From assembly GCA_965213625.1 (NCBI GenBank), contig CBDBZU010000004.1:2336001-2400000 (forward strand): a stretch of DNA of 64,000 bases. The letters are read 5' to 3'. Below the pieces are notes generated by a model. The model was not told the DNA's origin, did no database searches, and saw only the letters and a list, made by a program, of their open reading frames with translations. Shown piece by piece: positions 18,914 to 28,195 of the stretch. A program made the position numbers and the translations under genes. Within the stretch, counting starts at the first letter, position 1. Each line of letters opens with the position of its first letter. Origin of the DNA: a bacterium (GTDB lineage: Bacteria; UBA8248).

Positions 18914-19429
18914 TTGCGTATAGCGGCGATTGTGCTCGCTTTCCTCTGTATGAGCGTGAACATGGCGGCGGCCGCGCCATTTGATGAGAATCGCCCCAAG
19001 GTGGGGGATAAGGCGCATGAGTTCGAGATACAGGGCTTCAAGCTGTCCGGCCTCAAGGGCAAGAAAAACCTCGTGATGATTTTCTACCGGGGGCACTTCT
19101 GAGTGATTTGCCAACGGCAACTCGTCGAGTTCCAGCGAAATTCCGATAGAATTCATCGACTTCAGACCGAGATCATCGCCATCAGCGCGGATAATGCGCT
19201 TGAGATGAACAAGACGACACGCGAGTTGGGAATCCGGTATCTGCTGATATCGGACGCGAAGAAGCGAATCATTCAAAGCTTCGGGGTGCTTCACCCGAGA
19301 GAGGGGATCGCCCGGCCCGCCACCTTCATCATCGACAAGAACGGTGTGGTTCGCTACGTTCATGTGGGCAATTATCCCAGCGACCGCCCGACGGTTCAGC
19401 AGGTGATGCAGGCCCTCGCATTTATGTGA
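18914..19429 (+). CDS. AhpC/TSA peroxiredoxin-like selenoprotein (UGA = Sec at 19100-19102)
   Basis: Two in-frame ORFs join as FYRGHF-U-VIC-QRQL (UxxC); downstream AISAD, SD, ARPATFIIDKNGVVRY; hairpin after the UGA; start uncertain. Confidence 0.82.
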
Positions 19430-19480
19430 GAAAGCGAATCGGTATTCCCGCCCCCGCCCGGCGCGTTACGGACACCGAAT

Positions 19481-21277
19481 ATGAGAATCATGGGACAGGA
19501 ATCAACGGGCCGGTTTTTGAGATTTCCCCTATGGGCGATGGTTTTGTGCCTCATCGCCATGTGCGCGTCTGACACCTTCGCCGCAGGAAAAAGGCGCGCT
19601 CCGAAAAAAAGAGTCGCTTCCAAAAAAGGCGTCGTCTCGAAGGCCGCCTTCCAGGCCAGGGTAAAACGCGCCATAAAAAGGCAGTGCGCCCGCCCCGGAC
19701 GCCTGGGACTTTACATTCGTTCTGTTTCCACCGCGCAGACGCTCTATTCCCATAACGCCGCCACGAGGCGGATACCTGCGTCGAACGTCAAGATATTCAC
19801 TGCCGCCGCCGCGCTCGCACGCCTGGGGCCGGACTACCGCTTCGCCACCGATTTTTACGCGAAGGGCAAGGTTCGAGGCGGCGTCCTCCGGGGAGACCTG
19901 TACCTCAAGGGCTATGGCGATCCGCTTTTCGTGCATGAAAAGATGCGCGACCTCGTGCGCCGCCTCAAACTGCGGGGCGTAAGGCGTATCGAGGGCGATC
20001 TGGTGGCGGACGACACCTTTTTTGACGATAAGAAACATGGGCGCGGCTGGCGCGTGGGCCGCTCCATCCGGCCCTATCTGGCGCCGCATGGGGCATTGTC
20101 CATGAATTTTGGTCAGGCGAACGTACTCGTGGCTCCGGGTGATAGGGTCGGCGTCCCGGCTTTGGTGAATCTCGAGCCGCCCTCTCGCGCGCTTCGCCTC
20201 AAGGCGAGAGTGAAGACCTCGCGCAGGAGCTTGAATATCCGGCTCGGACGCATGCGCTCCAAGGGAAAAGATGTCGTTATTGTAAATGGTTTGTTTCCGG
20301 CCGGAAACAGGATGAAGAAGTACCGGGTACCCGTTACGGACCCCGCCGGCTTCACCGCCGGCGCGGTCGCCGTCGAGTTCGAGAGGCAGGGTATCGCCTT
20401 GATGGGCAAGATACGGCGGGCCGCCACGCCGTCCGATGCGAAACTCCTGGCGAGAAACCTCTCGCCGCAGTTGAGCGAAGTGGTTCGGGGGCTCAACAAG
20501 TTCAGCAACAATTTCGTGGCCGAGCAAGTTCTCAAGACAATGGGCGCCGATACGCACGGCGCGCCGGGCACGGCGGAAAAAGGCCTTCGCGTCGTGCGGG
20601 ATTTCTTAATCTCCACCGGCGTTTCGGCGAAAGAGATCGCCCTTGCCGACGGTTCGGGCTTGAGCAGGATGAACCGCTCCTCGCCGCGCGCTCTGGCGAC
20701 TCTCCTCGAGGCGGCGCACAACGATTTCAGGCTACGGCCCGAGTTCATGTCATCTCTCGCCGTCTTCGGCGTCGACGGAACGGTGAAGAAAAGACGCCGC
20801 CGGGGAGTCGATTCGCGCCGGGTGCGGGTGAAGACGGGCGTGTTGAACGGCGTGCGCGCTTTTAGTGGATATGCGGCCGCCGGAAACGGAGAAATCCTCG
20901 CTTTCTCTGTTCTCATGAATGGGAATGCCTGCCGGCCCAAAGGCTTCACGGGCGAGTTGGTGCGCTCGATGGTTTCATTGAACCGGAATTTTTCAAAACC
21001 CGTGAACACCCACTTCAAAGGGGCGCGCGATATGATGTCGCGCTCCATGCCGAAGCCTTCCATCAGAGACGGATGGCGCAGGCGCTCCTCTCCCCGCACA
21101 GGTCCGGCCGAAGAGGGTGAATTTGAATATCTAGGGCCGGGAATCGTCCCGTTCGCCGAATCGCCTCTGGATGGTTCCACCGGCGACTCGTCTGCGGAGA
21201 ATTCTGCCGAAGCGGCTCAGGCGGAAGGAAGCGCTGCATGGCCCTCGAAAAACACCCCGGGCAGGCGTAGCCGTTAG
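19481..21277 (+). CDS. dacB: D-Ala-D-Ala carboxypeptidase/endopeptidase PBP4 (start uncertain)
   Basis: PASNVK (SxxK), GYGDP, SNN, DGSGLSR.N, KTG. Confidence 0.92.
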   Translation: MRIMGQESTGRFLRFPLWAMVLCLIAMCASDTFAAGKRRAPKKRVASKKGVVSKAAFQARVKRAIKRQCARPGRLGLYIRSVSTAQTLYSHNAATRRIPASNVKIFTAAAALARLGPDYRFATDFYAKGKVRGGVLRGDLYLKGYGDPLFVHEKMRDLVRRLKLRGVRRIEGDLVADDTFFDDKKHGRGWRVGRSIRPYLAPHGALSMNFGQANVLVAPGDRVGVPALVNLEPPSRALRLKARVKTSRRSLNIRLGRMRSKGKDVVIVNGLFPAGNRMKKYRVPVTDPAGFTAGAVAVEFERQGIALMGKIRRAATPSDAKLLARNLSPQLSEVVRGLNKFSNNFVAEQVLKTMGADTHGAPGTAEKGLRVVRDFLISTGVSAKEIALADGSGLSRMNRSSPRALATLLEAAHNDFRLRPEFMSSLAVFGVDGTVKKRRRRGVDSRRVRVKTGVLNGVRAFSGYAAAGNGEILAFSVLMNGNACRPKGFTGELVRSMVSLNRNFSKPVNTHFKGARDMMSRSMPKPSIRDGWRRRSSPRTGPAEEGEFEYLGPGIVPFAESPLDGSTGDSSAENSAEAAQAEGSAAWPSKNTPGRRSR

Positions 21278-21359
21278 TGATGGATGAGCGCGGCGCTTGC
21301 CCGGAACCGACTCTCCCGGCGCGGTCGCTGCGGACGGAGACGGGGAGCATGAAGAGCCG

Positions 21360-23150
21360 ATGAGCAAGTCCACCGGCCCGCTCGCCTTTTCCAGCAAGTG
21401 GACCCTGCGTCCCGTCGATAAAGAAGCTGCGGAGAAACTTTCCCGGGAATTGAACGTACCCCTTCTCATGGGGAGGCTCCTCACGCAAAGGGGCATTCAA
21501 GACCCCGGCGAGGCGCGTAAATTCCTGGACGCCCCCCTGTCGGGACTGCACGATCCGTTTCTCATGAAAGGGATGGAAGAGGCCGTCTCCCACCTCATGG
21601 AGCAGGTAAGAAACCGCCGCCCCATCGGCGTTTATGGAGATTACGACGTGGACGGCATCTCCGCCACGGCGCTCCTGTGCCGGTTTCTCTCCCAGGTGGG
21701 CGTCAGGGTTCCCTACTACATTCCGAATAGACTGAATGAGGGGTACGGCCTGCACCGCAAAGGTCTGGAAAAGCTGAAAGAAGCAGGCTGCGGCACAGTG
21801 GTGACGGTCGATTGCGGAATCAGCGCGCACGCCGCCGCAAAAGAAGCCGAGCAGATGGGCTTGCGCCTCATCATCACCGATCATCATCGCCCGCCCGATG
21901 AGTTGCCGCCCTCCGTGGCCGTCCTGAACCCCCGCCAGCGAGGCTGTGAATATCCTTTTCGTGGACTCAGCGGAGTCGGGGTCGCGTTCAAGCTCATCAC
22001 CGCCGTGAGAAGGCGCTTGCATGAGGGCGGGTTCGCGGCGCCGCTGCCGAACCTCAAACAGCACCTGGACCTGGTGGCGCTGGGCACTGTGGCCGACGTG
22101 GTTCCCCTGCGGGATGAGAATCATATTTTCGTGCGCCACGGGCTCGAGATTCTCTCGCCCCCCGAAGTGGCCCAGGGCGGGTTCGAGACCCTGGATCGGC
22201 GAAAGGCGGGAATACGCGCCTTGCAAGCGTCGGCGAATCTGAAAGCCGAAGCGCTCAACGTCGGGCACGTGTCCTTCACCCTCGCGCCGAGGCTCAACGC
22301 GGCGGGACGGGTGGGAGAAGCTTCCTTCGGCGTCGAGCTTCTCACCGCAGACGACGAGGGCGAGGCGCGCTCCCGGGCGGAAGTACTCGAAGAATGGAAC
22401 CGTCAGCGCCAGAATTTGCAGCAGCAAGCCTGGGAGGAGGCGATGGCCTTCATGGAGTCATCGGGAGTCGAAGCCCGCGATGAGGCCATCGTTCTCGCGA
22501 GCGACAAATGGCACCCCGGCGTCGTGGGCATCGTGGCCTCTAAACTCGTGGAGGAGTATCACCAGCCCTCGGTCCTCATCCACTTGAAGGACGGGGTGGG
22601 CAAGGGCTCCGTTCGCTCGGCCATGGGTCTTCACGTGTACGAGGCGCTCGAGCGCTGTTCTGATTTATTGATTCAGTTCGGCGGACACAAGGGCGCCGCG
22701 GGCCTCAAGGTGGCGGAAGAGAAGATAGACGCTTTTAGGGGACGCTTCCGGGAGGTGATTCGCGGGATGAGAAAATCCGGAGCGGATGAGCGTGAACTCA
22801 TGCTCGACGCCCGCGTCGATTTTTCCGAGATGGACGCGCCGCTCCTGGAGCAACTCGAGGGCATGGCGCCTTTCGGGGAGGAGAACCCGCGGCCCGTGTT
22901 TGTTGCTTCCCGAGTCGAGGTGGCCGGAAGTCCCGGGGCGGTGGGCCGCGAGAGGGAGCACTTGAAGCTGAACCTGCGCCAGTTACGCGAGGAGAGAGAG
23001 GCCATCGGCTTCGGCATGGGGGCGCTGCTCAAGGAGCCGGAGCGTTTGAAGGGCAAGCTCGACGTCGCGTTCTCCCCCGGCCTGAACCGCTGGCGAGGCA
23101 ACACCAGGATACAACTCGAACTCCGCGCCATCCGTCCGGCGGGCGGCTAG
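21360..23150 (+). CDS. recJ: ssDNA-specific exonuclease RecJ
   Basis: YGDYDVDG, TVDCG, ITDHH, GTVADVVPL, PRLNAAGR, FGGHKGAAG. Confidence 0.96.
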   Translation: MSKSTGPLAFSSKWTLRPVDKEAAEKLSRELNVPLLMGRLLTQRGIQDPGEARKFLDAPLSGLHDPFLMKGMEEAVSHLMEQVRNRRPIGVYGDYDVDGISATALLCRFLSQVGVRVPYYIPNRLNEGYGLHRKGLEKLKEAGCGTVVTVDCGISAHAAAKEAEQMGLRLIITDHHRPPDELPPSVAVLNPRQRGCEYPFRGLSGVGVAFKLITAVRRRLHEGGFAAPLPNLKQHLDLVALGTVADVVPLRDENHIFVRHGLEILSPPEVAQGGFETLDRRKAGIRALQASANLKAEALNVGHVSFTLAPRLNAAGRVGEASFGVELLTADDEGEARSRAEVLEEWNRQRQNLQQQAWEEAMAFMESSGVEARDEAIVLASDKWHPGVVGIVASKLVEEYHQPSVLIHLKDGVGKGSVRSAMGLHVYEALERCSDLLIQFGGHKGAAGLKVAEEKIDAFRGRFREVIRGMRKSGADERELMLDARVDFSEMDAPLLEQLEGMAPFGEENPRPVFVASRVEVAGSPGAVGREREHLKLNLRQLREEREAIGFGMGALLKEPERLKGKLDVAFSPGLNRWRGNTRIQLELRAIRPAGG

Positions 23151-24307
23151 CCGAAGAGGGTTTCGAGCGACTCCCTGTCGTCGGGCTTCATCGAGAACTC
23201 GCTCAAATTGCCTAGATCCAGGTTTTTGGACAACAACATCACCTTGATGGCCCCGCCCAGACCGGTGGGGTCCATGATTCCCATGATGGATTGGCGCTCG
23301 CGCCTCGCTTTTTCTTTATCCTCGGCCTTCCAGTTCTCCACCGCTTGCGGAAGCCCGGCGCCCAGAAGAAAGCGCGTCTGATCCGTGAAGCCCGCGAGTT
23401 CCATGCCGTGCGAGGTGGCCGCCCGCAGGATGGAGGTGAAGTCGACATGGGTCGTGAGGTCGGTTTCACCGGGAAGGGAGAGCACGTCGCTAACGAGGGT
23501 GTGATCTCTGTAGCCGCGAAGCGCGCCCTCGTGGCGGGTGGGGCCGTAGAGGACGCGCGCGGAGAAGCCGTAGTCGAAGATAAGAATGGCGCCCCGCTCC
23601 ATCCGGCGCGCCACTTTGTTCACCCAGTCGAAGGCGCGCAGGTTCACCTCCGCCATCTGTCCCCTGGAGAGCCGCACACCCAAATCGGGGAACCAGCCGC
23701 TCAAGCGCGCATCAGATAGCGCGCCCTCGCAGAATTGAAGCCTCTGGCCGCTCTGAGCCACATATCTCTCTTTAATGTCCTGTTCTTTCTGGATGAGGGC
23801 GTGGACGGGCAGGGCGTCCAGGAACTCATGGGCGAGCACGACGCCCTCGAAGCCCGGTGGCGGGTATTGTGATGCGTCAGCGAATCGAACCTCGTCCGAA
23901 TCCTGGAATTTTTCTCCAATCCGCGCTTGGGCCTGCGCGCTTTGCTCGGCGAACGTATACTTGATGGTCTTTTTGAGGGCAGACTGAGATGTGCGAGCCG
24001 ATTCCAGGATGTCGAAGGCGAGCCATCCCTCTCCCGGTCCGTACTCCCAGACGTTTAGCAAGGGCGGCTCGTCCATGCGGAGCCGGATTTTCTCGAGAAG
24101 CGGCGCAATCATCCGCCCGAGCCATGGGCTCTGATGAGGCGAGGTGTAGAAATCGCCACCTGGGCCGATTCGCGAGTCTTCCCGGCAATAATAGCCACCT
24201 TGGGGATGATAGAGGGCGAGTTCCATGAATCGGCGAAAGGGGATGGGGCCTTTTTCGAGCGCATCCGCAAGGGCTTTGGAGAGTTCGGGATGAGAGGCGA
24301 TTTTCAT
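23147..24307 (-). CDS. SAM-dependent methyltransferase, MidA/NDUFAF7 family
   Basis: FMELALYHP.GGYY, GDFYTSP, E.G.GEG, EFLDALP, DYG, DLTTHVDF. Confidence 0.9.
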   Translation of the reverse strand: MKIASHPELSKALADALEKGPIPFRRFMELALYHPQGGYYCREDSRIGPGGDFYTSPHQSPWLGRMIAPLLEKIRLRMDEPPLLNVWEYGPGEGWLAFDILESARTSQSALKKTIKYTFAEQSAQAQARIGEKFQDSDEVRFADASQYPPPGFEGVVLAHEFLDALPVHALIQKEQDIKERYVAQSGQRLQFCEGALSDARLSGWFPDLGVRLSRGQMAEVNLRAFDWVNKVARRMERGAILIFDYGFSARVLYGPTRHEGALRGYRDHTLVSDVLSLPGETDLTTHVDFTSILRAATSHGMELAGFTDQTRFLLGAGLPQAVENWKAEDKEKARRERQSIMGIMDPTGLGGAIKVMLLSKNLDLGNLSEFSMKPDDRESLETLFG

Positions 24308-24440
24308 GGCGCGGAGTATACACCCGCTAAAGATGGACAAGAAGAGCGAGTCGCGGGAACATCTCCTTGATTCCGGTGGTAGGAATAACTATCATCCCGA
24401 GGTGAGAGAACTAATTACAGCATCACGAGTGAGGTACCAC

Positions 24441-24692
24441 ATGATTGTTCGCGTCAAATGTTTCGCCTGGGCCAAAGAGGTGACGGGCGAGGAGGAAATA
24501 GACCTGGAAGTGCCCGATGGCGCCACGGTGGCCGATTTGAGGGATAGCCTCGCCGAGCGGTTTCCGGTTTTTTCGGGGCGCATGGAGTCCATCGCCGTTT
24601 CCGTCAACCAGGAGTTCGCGGGCGAGGGCACGCCCGTGGATGCGGGCGATGAACTGGCGCTCATCCCGCCCATCAGCGGAGGTTGCGCATGA
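24441..24692 (+). CDS. moaD: Molybdopterin synthase sulfur carrier subunit
   Basis: VNQEF...GDELALIPPISGG followed by CA; ATGA overlap with moaE. Confidence 0.9.
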   Translation: MIVRVKCFAWAKEVTGEEEIDLEVPDGATVADLRDSLAERFPVFSGRMESIAVSVNQEFAGEGTPVDAGDELALIPPISGGCA

Positions 24693-25150
24693 TTTGCCGC
24701 ATCACGGATACCGCCATCGACATGGACGAGTTGACCGACAGCTTGGATTCCCCCGAATTGGGCGGGCTCTGCACGTTCGTGGGCAAAGTCAGGAACCACA
24801 GCGCGGGGCAGGGGGTGACGCATCTCGAATACCACGCCTATCCAGAGATGGCGGAGAAGAAGATGCGCCAGGTCGCCGGGGAGATCGAGGAGCGCTACGG
24901 CGTCACCCACCTGGCGATGGCCCACCGGGTGGGTACCCTCGCCATAGGAGATATCGCGGTGGGCATCGCGGCGGCCTCCGCCCACCGGGACGCTGCCTTC
25001 AAGGCGTGCCGCTACGCGATCGACCGCATCAAGCAGATCGTTCCGATATGGAAAAAGGAATTCGGCGAAGACGGCGTGGCCTGGGTCGAGGGCTGCGCGG
25101 TGGACGCGGAGACGGCGGAGCCTCAAAAAGCGCAAAATCAGCGCGTTTGA
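24689..25150 (+). CDS. moaE: Molybdopterin synthase catalytic subunit
   Basis: FVGKVRN, LEY.AY.EMA, HRVG.L..G, HR..AF.A, PIWKKE. Confidence 0.95.
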   Translation: MICRITDTAIDMDELTDSLDSPELGGLCTFVGKVRNHSAGQGVTHLEYHAYPEMAEKKMRQVAGEIEERYGVTHLAMAHRVGTLAIGDIAVGIAAASAHRDAAFKACRYAIDRIKQIVPIWKKEFGEDGVAWVEGCAVDAETAEPQKAQNQRV

Positions 25151-25362
25151 CTTTTTTCCCCTTCCAGCTAAAATTTATCTATACCAACAGAGAATTGCGC
25201 CTGGAGATGGCGTTTGATGTCTATGACGTATTTTTCGTTCCATAGTTATTGATTACGCACATATAGAGCTTCGTTTCATCCTGCTTTGGAAACATTTGAA
25301 GAAAGGGCGGATTTACCGCTGCGAGATTCAATGTTTTTCCCACCTAGCAAGGAGGATAGAAA

Positions 25363-26556
25363 ATGAAAATGGCTCGCATCTTCATTACAATCGCATTTTT
25401 GGTGACGACGGCGTTCTTCGCCAGCCCGGTACTGGCTGCGAACGAAATCCACTTCGGCGGAGCCATCTCCCAGACGGGCCGTTATGCGGAGCCTGCCGGC
25501 AGGTTCGTCAACGCCTACAAGCTGTACATCGATCAGGTAAACGCCAAGGGCGGTCTGCTGGGTAAGAAGATTAAAGTCACTCTCCTGGACGACAAATCGG
25601 ACAAGCAGACAAGCATCAAGCTCTACGAGAAGCTCATCACGCAGGATAAGGTCGCCATCACGCTCGGCCCCTACTCGAGCGGCATCACCGACGCGGTGGC
25701 CAACGTGCTGGAACGGTACAAGTACCCCACGCTGGCGCCGGGCGCCTCCTCGGGCATCATCTGGAAAAAAGGCAGAAAATATCTTTTCAACCAGAACGCC
25801 ATCGCCCAGAACTATCAAAGGGGCGCCGTTTTCATGGCGAAAGATATCGGCGTGAAGCGAATCGCCATCGTCGGCGAGGACAGCCTCTTCCCGCGCCAGT
25901 CGGCCGAGGGCGCCGTGGAGTGGGCGAAGAAACTCGGCATCGAGGTCGTGCTGAACGAGAACTACACGCGCAAGCAGACCGACTTCACCGCGCTGCTGCA
26001 GAAAATCAAGGCGCGCCGCGCTGAGGCGCTCATTTCGAACAGCTACTTCGCGGATGCCGTGGCCCAGATTCGCCAGCTCAGGGAACTCAACATCAACCTC
26101 AAGATTTTCGCCGGAACCGTCGGCCCCGGCCTGCCCAAGTTTGCGAAACAACTCGGCAACACGGCGGAGTACGTTCTGGGCTTCAGCCAGTGGGAGCCGC
26201 GGCCCGAAATTCTGAAGTTCCCGGGCATGAAGCATTTCATCGACTCGTACGTGAAGCGTCACAAAGTAAAGCCGAACTACCACGCCGGAATCGCCTGGGT
26301 GTCGATGCAGATTATGACCCAGGCCATCGAAAAGGCGGGTTCTTATGATCGCCAGAAGGTCTGGAAGACGCTGCGCACCTCACAGTTCCAGACCGTTATG
26401 GGGAAATGGAAGGTGGATGAGAACAACCTGAACGATCATGACGGCCTGACCTTCCAGATTCTCGACGGCCAGCGCAAGATCGTCTGGCCGAAGAAGATCG
26501 CGGAAGTCCCCTACAAGCTGCCGATGCCCAAGTGGAAGGACAGGGCCAAGAACTAG
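25363..26556 (+). CDS. Liv-type (HAAT) ABC substrate-binding protein, paralog 1
   Basis: Signal peptide; SQTG.YA, DDKSD, LGPYSSG. Confidence 0.9.
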   Translation: MKMARIFITIAFLVTTAFFASPVLAANEIHFGGAISQTGRYAEPAGRFVNAYKLYIDQVNAKGGLLGKKIKVTLLDDKSDKQTSIKLYEKLITQDKVAITLGPYSSGITDAVANVLERYKYPTLAPGASSGIIWKKGRKYLFNQNAIAQNYQRGAVFMAKDIGVKRIAIVGEDSLFPRQSAEGAVEWAKKLGIEVVLNENYTRKQTDFTALLQKIKARRAEALISNSYFADAVAQIRQLRELNINLKIFAGTVGPGLPKFAKQLGNTAEYVLGFSQWEPRPEILKFPGMKHFIDSYVKRHKVKPNYHAGIAWVSMQIMTQAIEKAGSYDRQKVWKTLRTSQFQTVMGKWKVDENNLNDHDGLTFQILDGQRKIVWPKKIAEVPYKLPMPKWKDRAKN

Positions 26557-26659
26557 GAAGGCGGCGTGTATGGAGTAGGTTTTTAACCTTGGCGCGCCGT
26601 ATTGTGATTGCGGCGCTATGGTTGAGCTTCCATAAGAATCCATAAGAGGAGGATCGGAA

Positions 26660-27856
26660 ATGAGGAAAAGCCTTGTTTTGGTTCTCGGCTTTGTTCTCGC
26701 GCTAACGGCTGCTCCCTTCGTGGAGAAAAGCCACGCGAAGGACAAAGTCACCCTGGGAATCGCCATTTCGCAGACGGGCCGCTACGCCGAGCCCGCCGGA
26801 CGTATGGTGAACTCCTACAATCTGTACGTGGACCAGATGAACGCCAAGGGTGGTTGGATCGGCAAGAAAATCGATATGATCATCCTGGACGACAAATCGG
26901 ACAAGCAGACCAGCATCAAGCTCTATGAGAAGCTGATCACGCAGGACAAGGTCGACCTGACCATGGGCCCCTACTCCAGCGGCATCACCGACGCCGTGGC
27001 CAACGTGCTCGAAAGGTACAAGTACCCCACGCTGGCGCCGGGCGCCGCCTCGGGCATCATCTGGAAGAAGGGCCGTAAGTATCTCTTCGACATCATCGCC
27101 GTCGCCCAGGACTACCAGAAGGGCGCGCTCCACATCGCCAAGGACATCGGCGTGAAACGCATCGCCATCATCGGCGAGGACAGCCTCTTCCCGCGCCAGT
27201 CGGCGGAAGGCGCCGTGGACTGGGCGAAGAAGCTCGGCCTCAAAGTGGTGCTGAACGAGAACTATCCGCGCAAGCAGACCGACTTCACCGCGCTGCTCCA
27301 GAAGATCAAGGCGCGCCGCGCGGAGGCGCTCATCTCGAACAGCTACTTCGCGGACGCCGCGGCGCAGATTCGCCAGCTTAGAGAGCTGAACATCAACCTC
27401 AAGATTTTCGCCGGAACCGTCGGCCCGGGTCTGCCCAAGTTCGCCAAGCAGCTTGGTAACACGGCGGAGTACGTGCTGGGTTTCAGCCAATGGGAACCGA
27501 AGCCGGAAATTCTCAAGAGGCCCGGCATGAGGGCTTTCATCGCTGCGTATAAAAAGCGCTATGGCGTGAACCCGAACTACCACGCTGGTCAGTCTTATGC
27601 GTCCATGCAGGTTTTCGGCGAAGCGGTGAAACGAGCCGGCTCCATCGACAGGGACAAGGTATGGAGGACGATGCGCACCATGAGCACTACGACCATCATC
27701 GGTCCCTGGAAAGTGGATGACACCAACATGAACAATCACGAGGGCTTGACCTTCCAGATATTGAATGGCGAACGCAAGATCGTGTGGCCCAAGAAGATTT
27801 CGGAAGTCAACTACAAGCTGCCGATGCCCAAGTGGAAGGACAGGGCCAAAAACTAG
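26660..27856 (+). CDS. Liv-type ABC substrate-binding protein, paralog 2
   Basis: Same motifs; long segments near-identical to paralogs 1 and 3. Confidence 0.9.
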   Translation: MRKSLVLVLGFVLALTAAPFVEKSHAKDKVTLGIAISQTGRYAEPAGRMVNSYNLYVDQMNAKGGWIGKKIDMIILDDKSDKQTSIKLYEKLITQDKVDLTMGPYSSGITDAVANVLERYKYPTLAPGAASGIIWKKGRKYLFDIIAVAQDYQKGALHIAKDIGVKRIAIIGEDSLFPRQSAEGAVDWAKKLGLKVVLNENYPRKQTDFTALLQKIKARRAEALISNSYFADAAAQIRQLRELNINLKIFAGTVGPGLPKFAKQLGNTAEYVLGFSQWEPKPEILKRPGMRAFIAAYKKRYGVNPNYHAGQSYASMQVFGEAVKRAGSIDRDKVWRTMRTMSTTTIIGPWKVDDTNMNNHEGLTFQILNGERKIVWPKKISEVNYKLPMPKWKDRAKN

Positions 27857-27903
27857 GAAGGCAAAGGAGATAGGCAAAGGTCGTAATAGCTTAGCAAGTC
27901 GAC

Positions 27904-27942
27904 TCCCGCCCCGCGCGTGGTATTGCGTGGGGCGGGATTTTT
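27904..27942 (+). terminator. Intrinsic terminator
   Basis: TCCCGCCCCGCGCG-tggtat-TGCGTGGGGCGGGA followed by TTTTT. Confidence 0.75.
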
Positions 27943-27995
27943 GCCGGTGCAATAAATTTTTGAGGGTTGTTCATAAATTCTTTATAAAACACCCT

Positions 27996-28023
27996 TTGAC
28001 ATATAAAACAATATGCGTATCAT
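27996..28023 (+). promoter_or_regulatory. Sigma70-like promoter for paralog 3 and the permease operon
   Basis: TTGACA, 16 nt, TATCAT; TATAAAACA repeated at 27983 and 28002. Confidence 0.55.
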
Positions 28024-28195
28024 ACCGCACCTATTAAAGGCAAAAATGTGCATTCAGAACTACGAGAAGTTGATTATTTCACGAAGAAATAGTCTGAATT
28101 ACTGCAATGTAGCCGTTCATTTATGAGTAGTAATTCAAACTTGTTTTTCTGTTGTTAGGCAGTATTATTTGTTTCCATCAAAGGAGTGTAAAGAA

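Noticed and set aside
19100-19102. Nonsense-mutated pseudogene reading of the split peroxiredoxin
   Set aside because: The stop is UGA exactly at the redox Cys position with a downstream hairpin, so Sec recoding fits better
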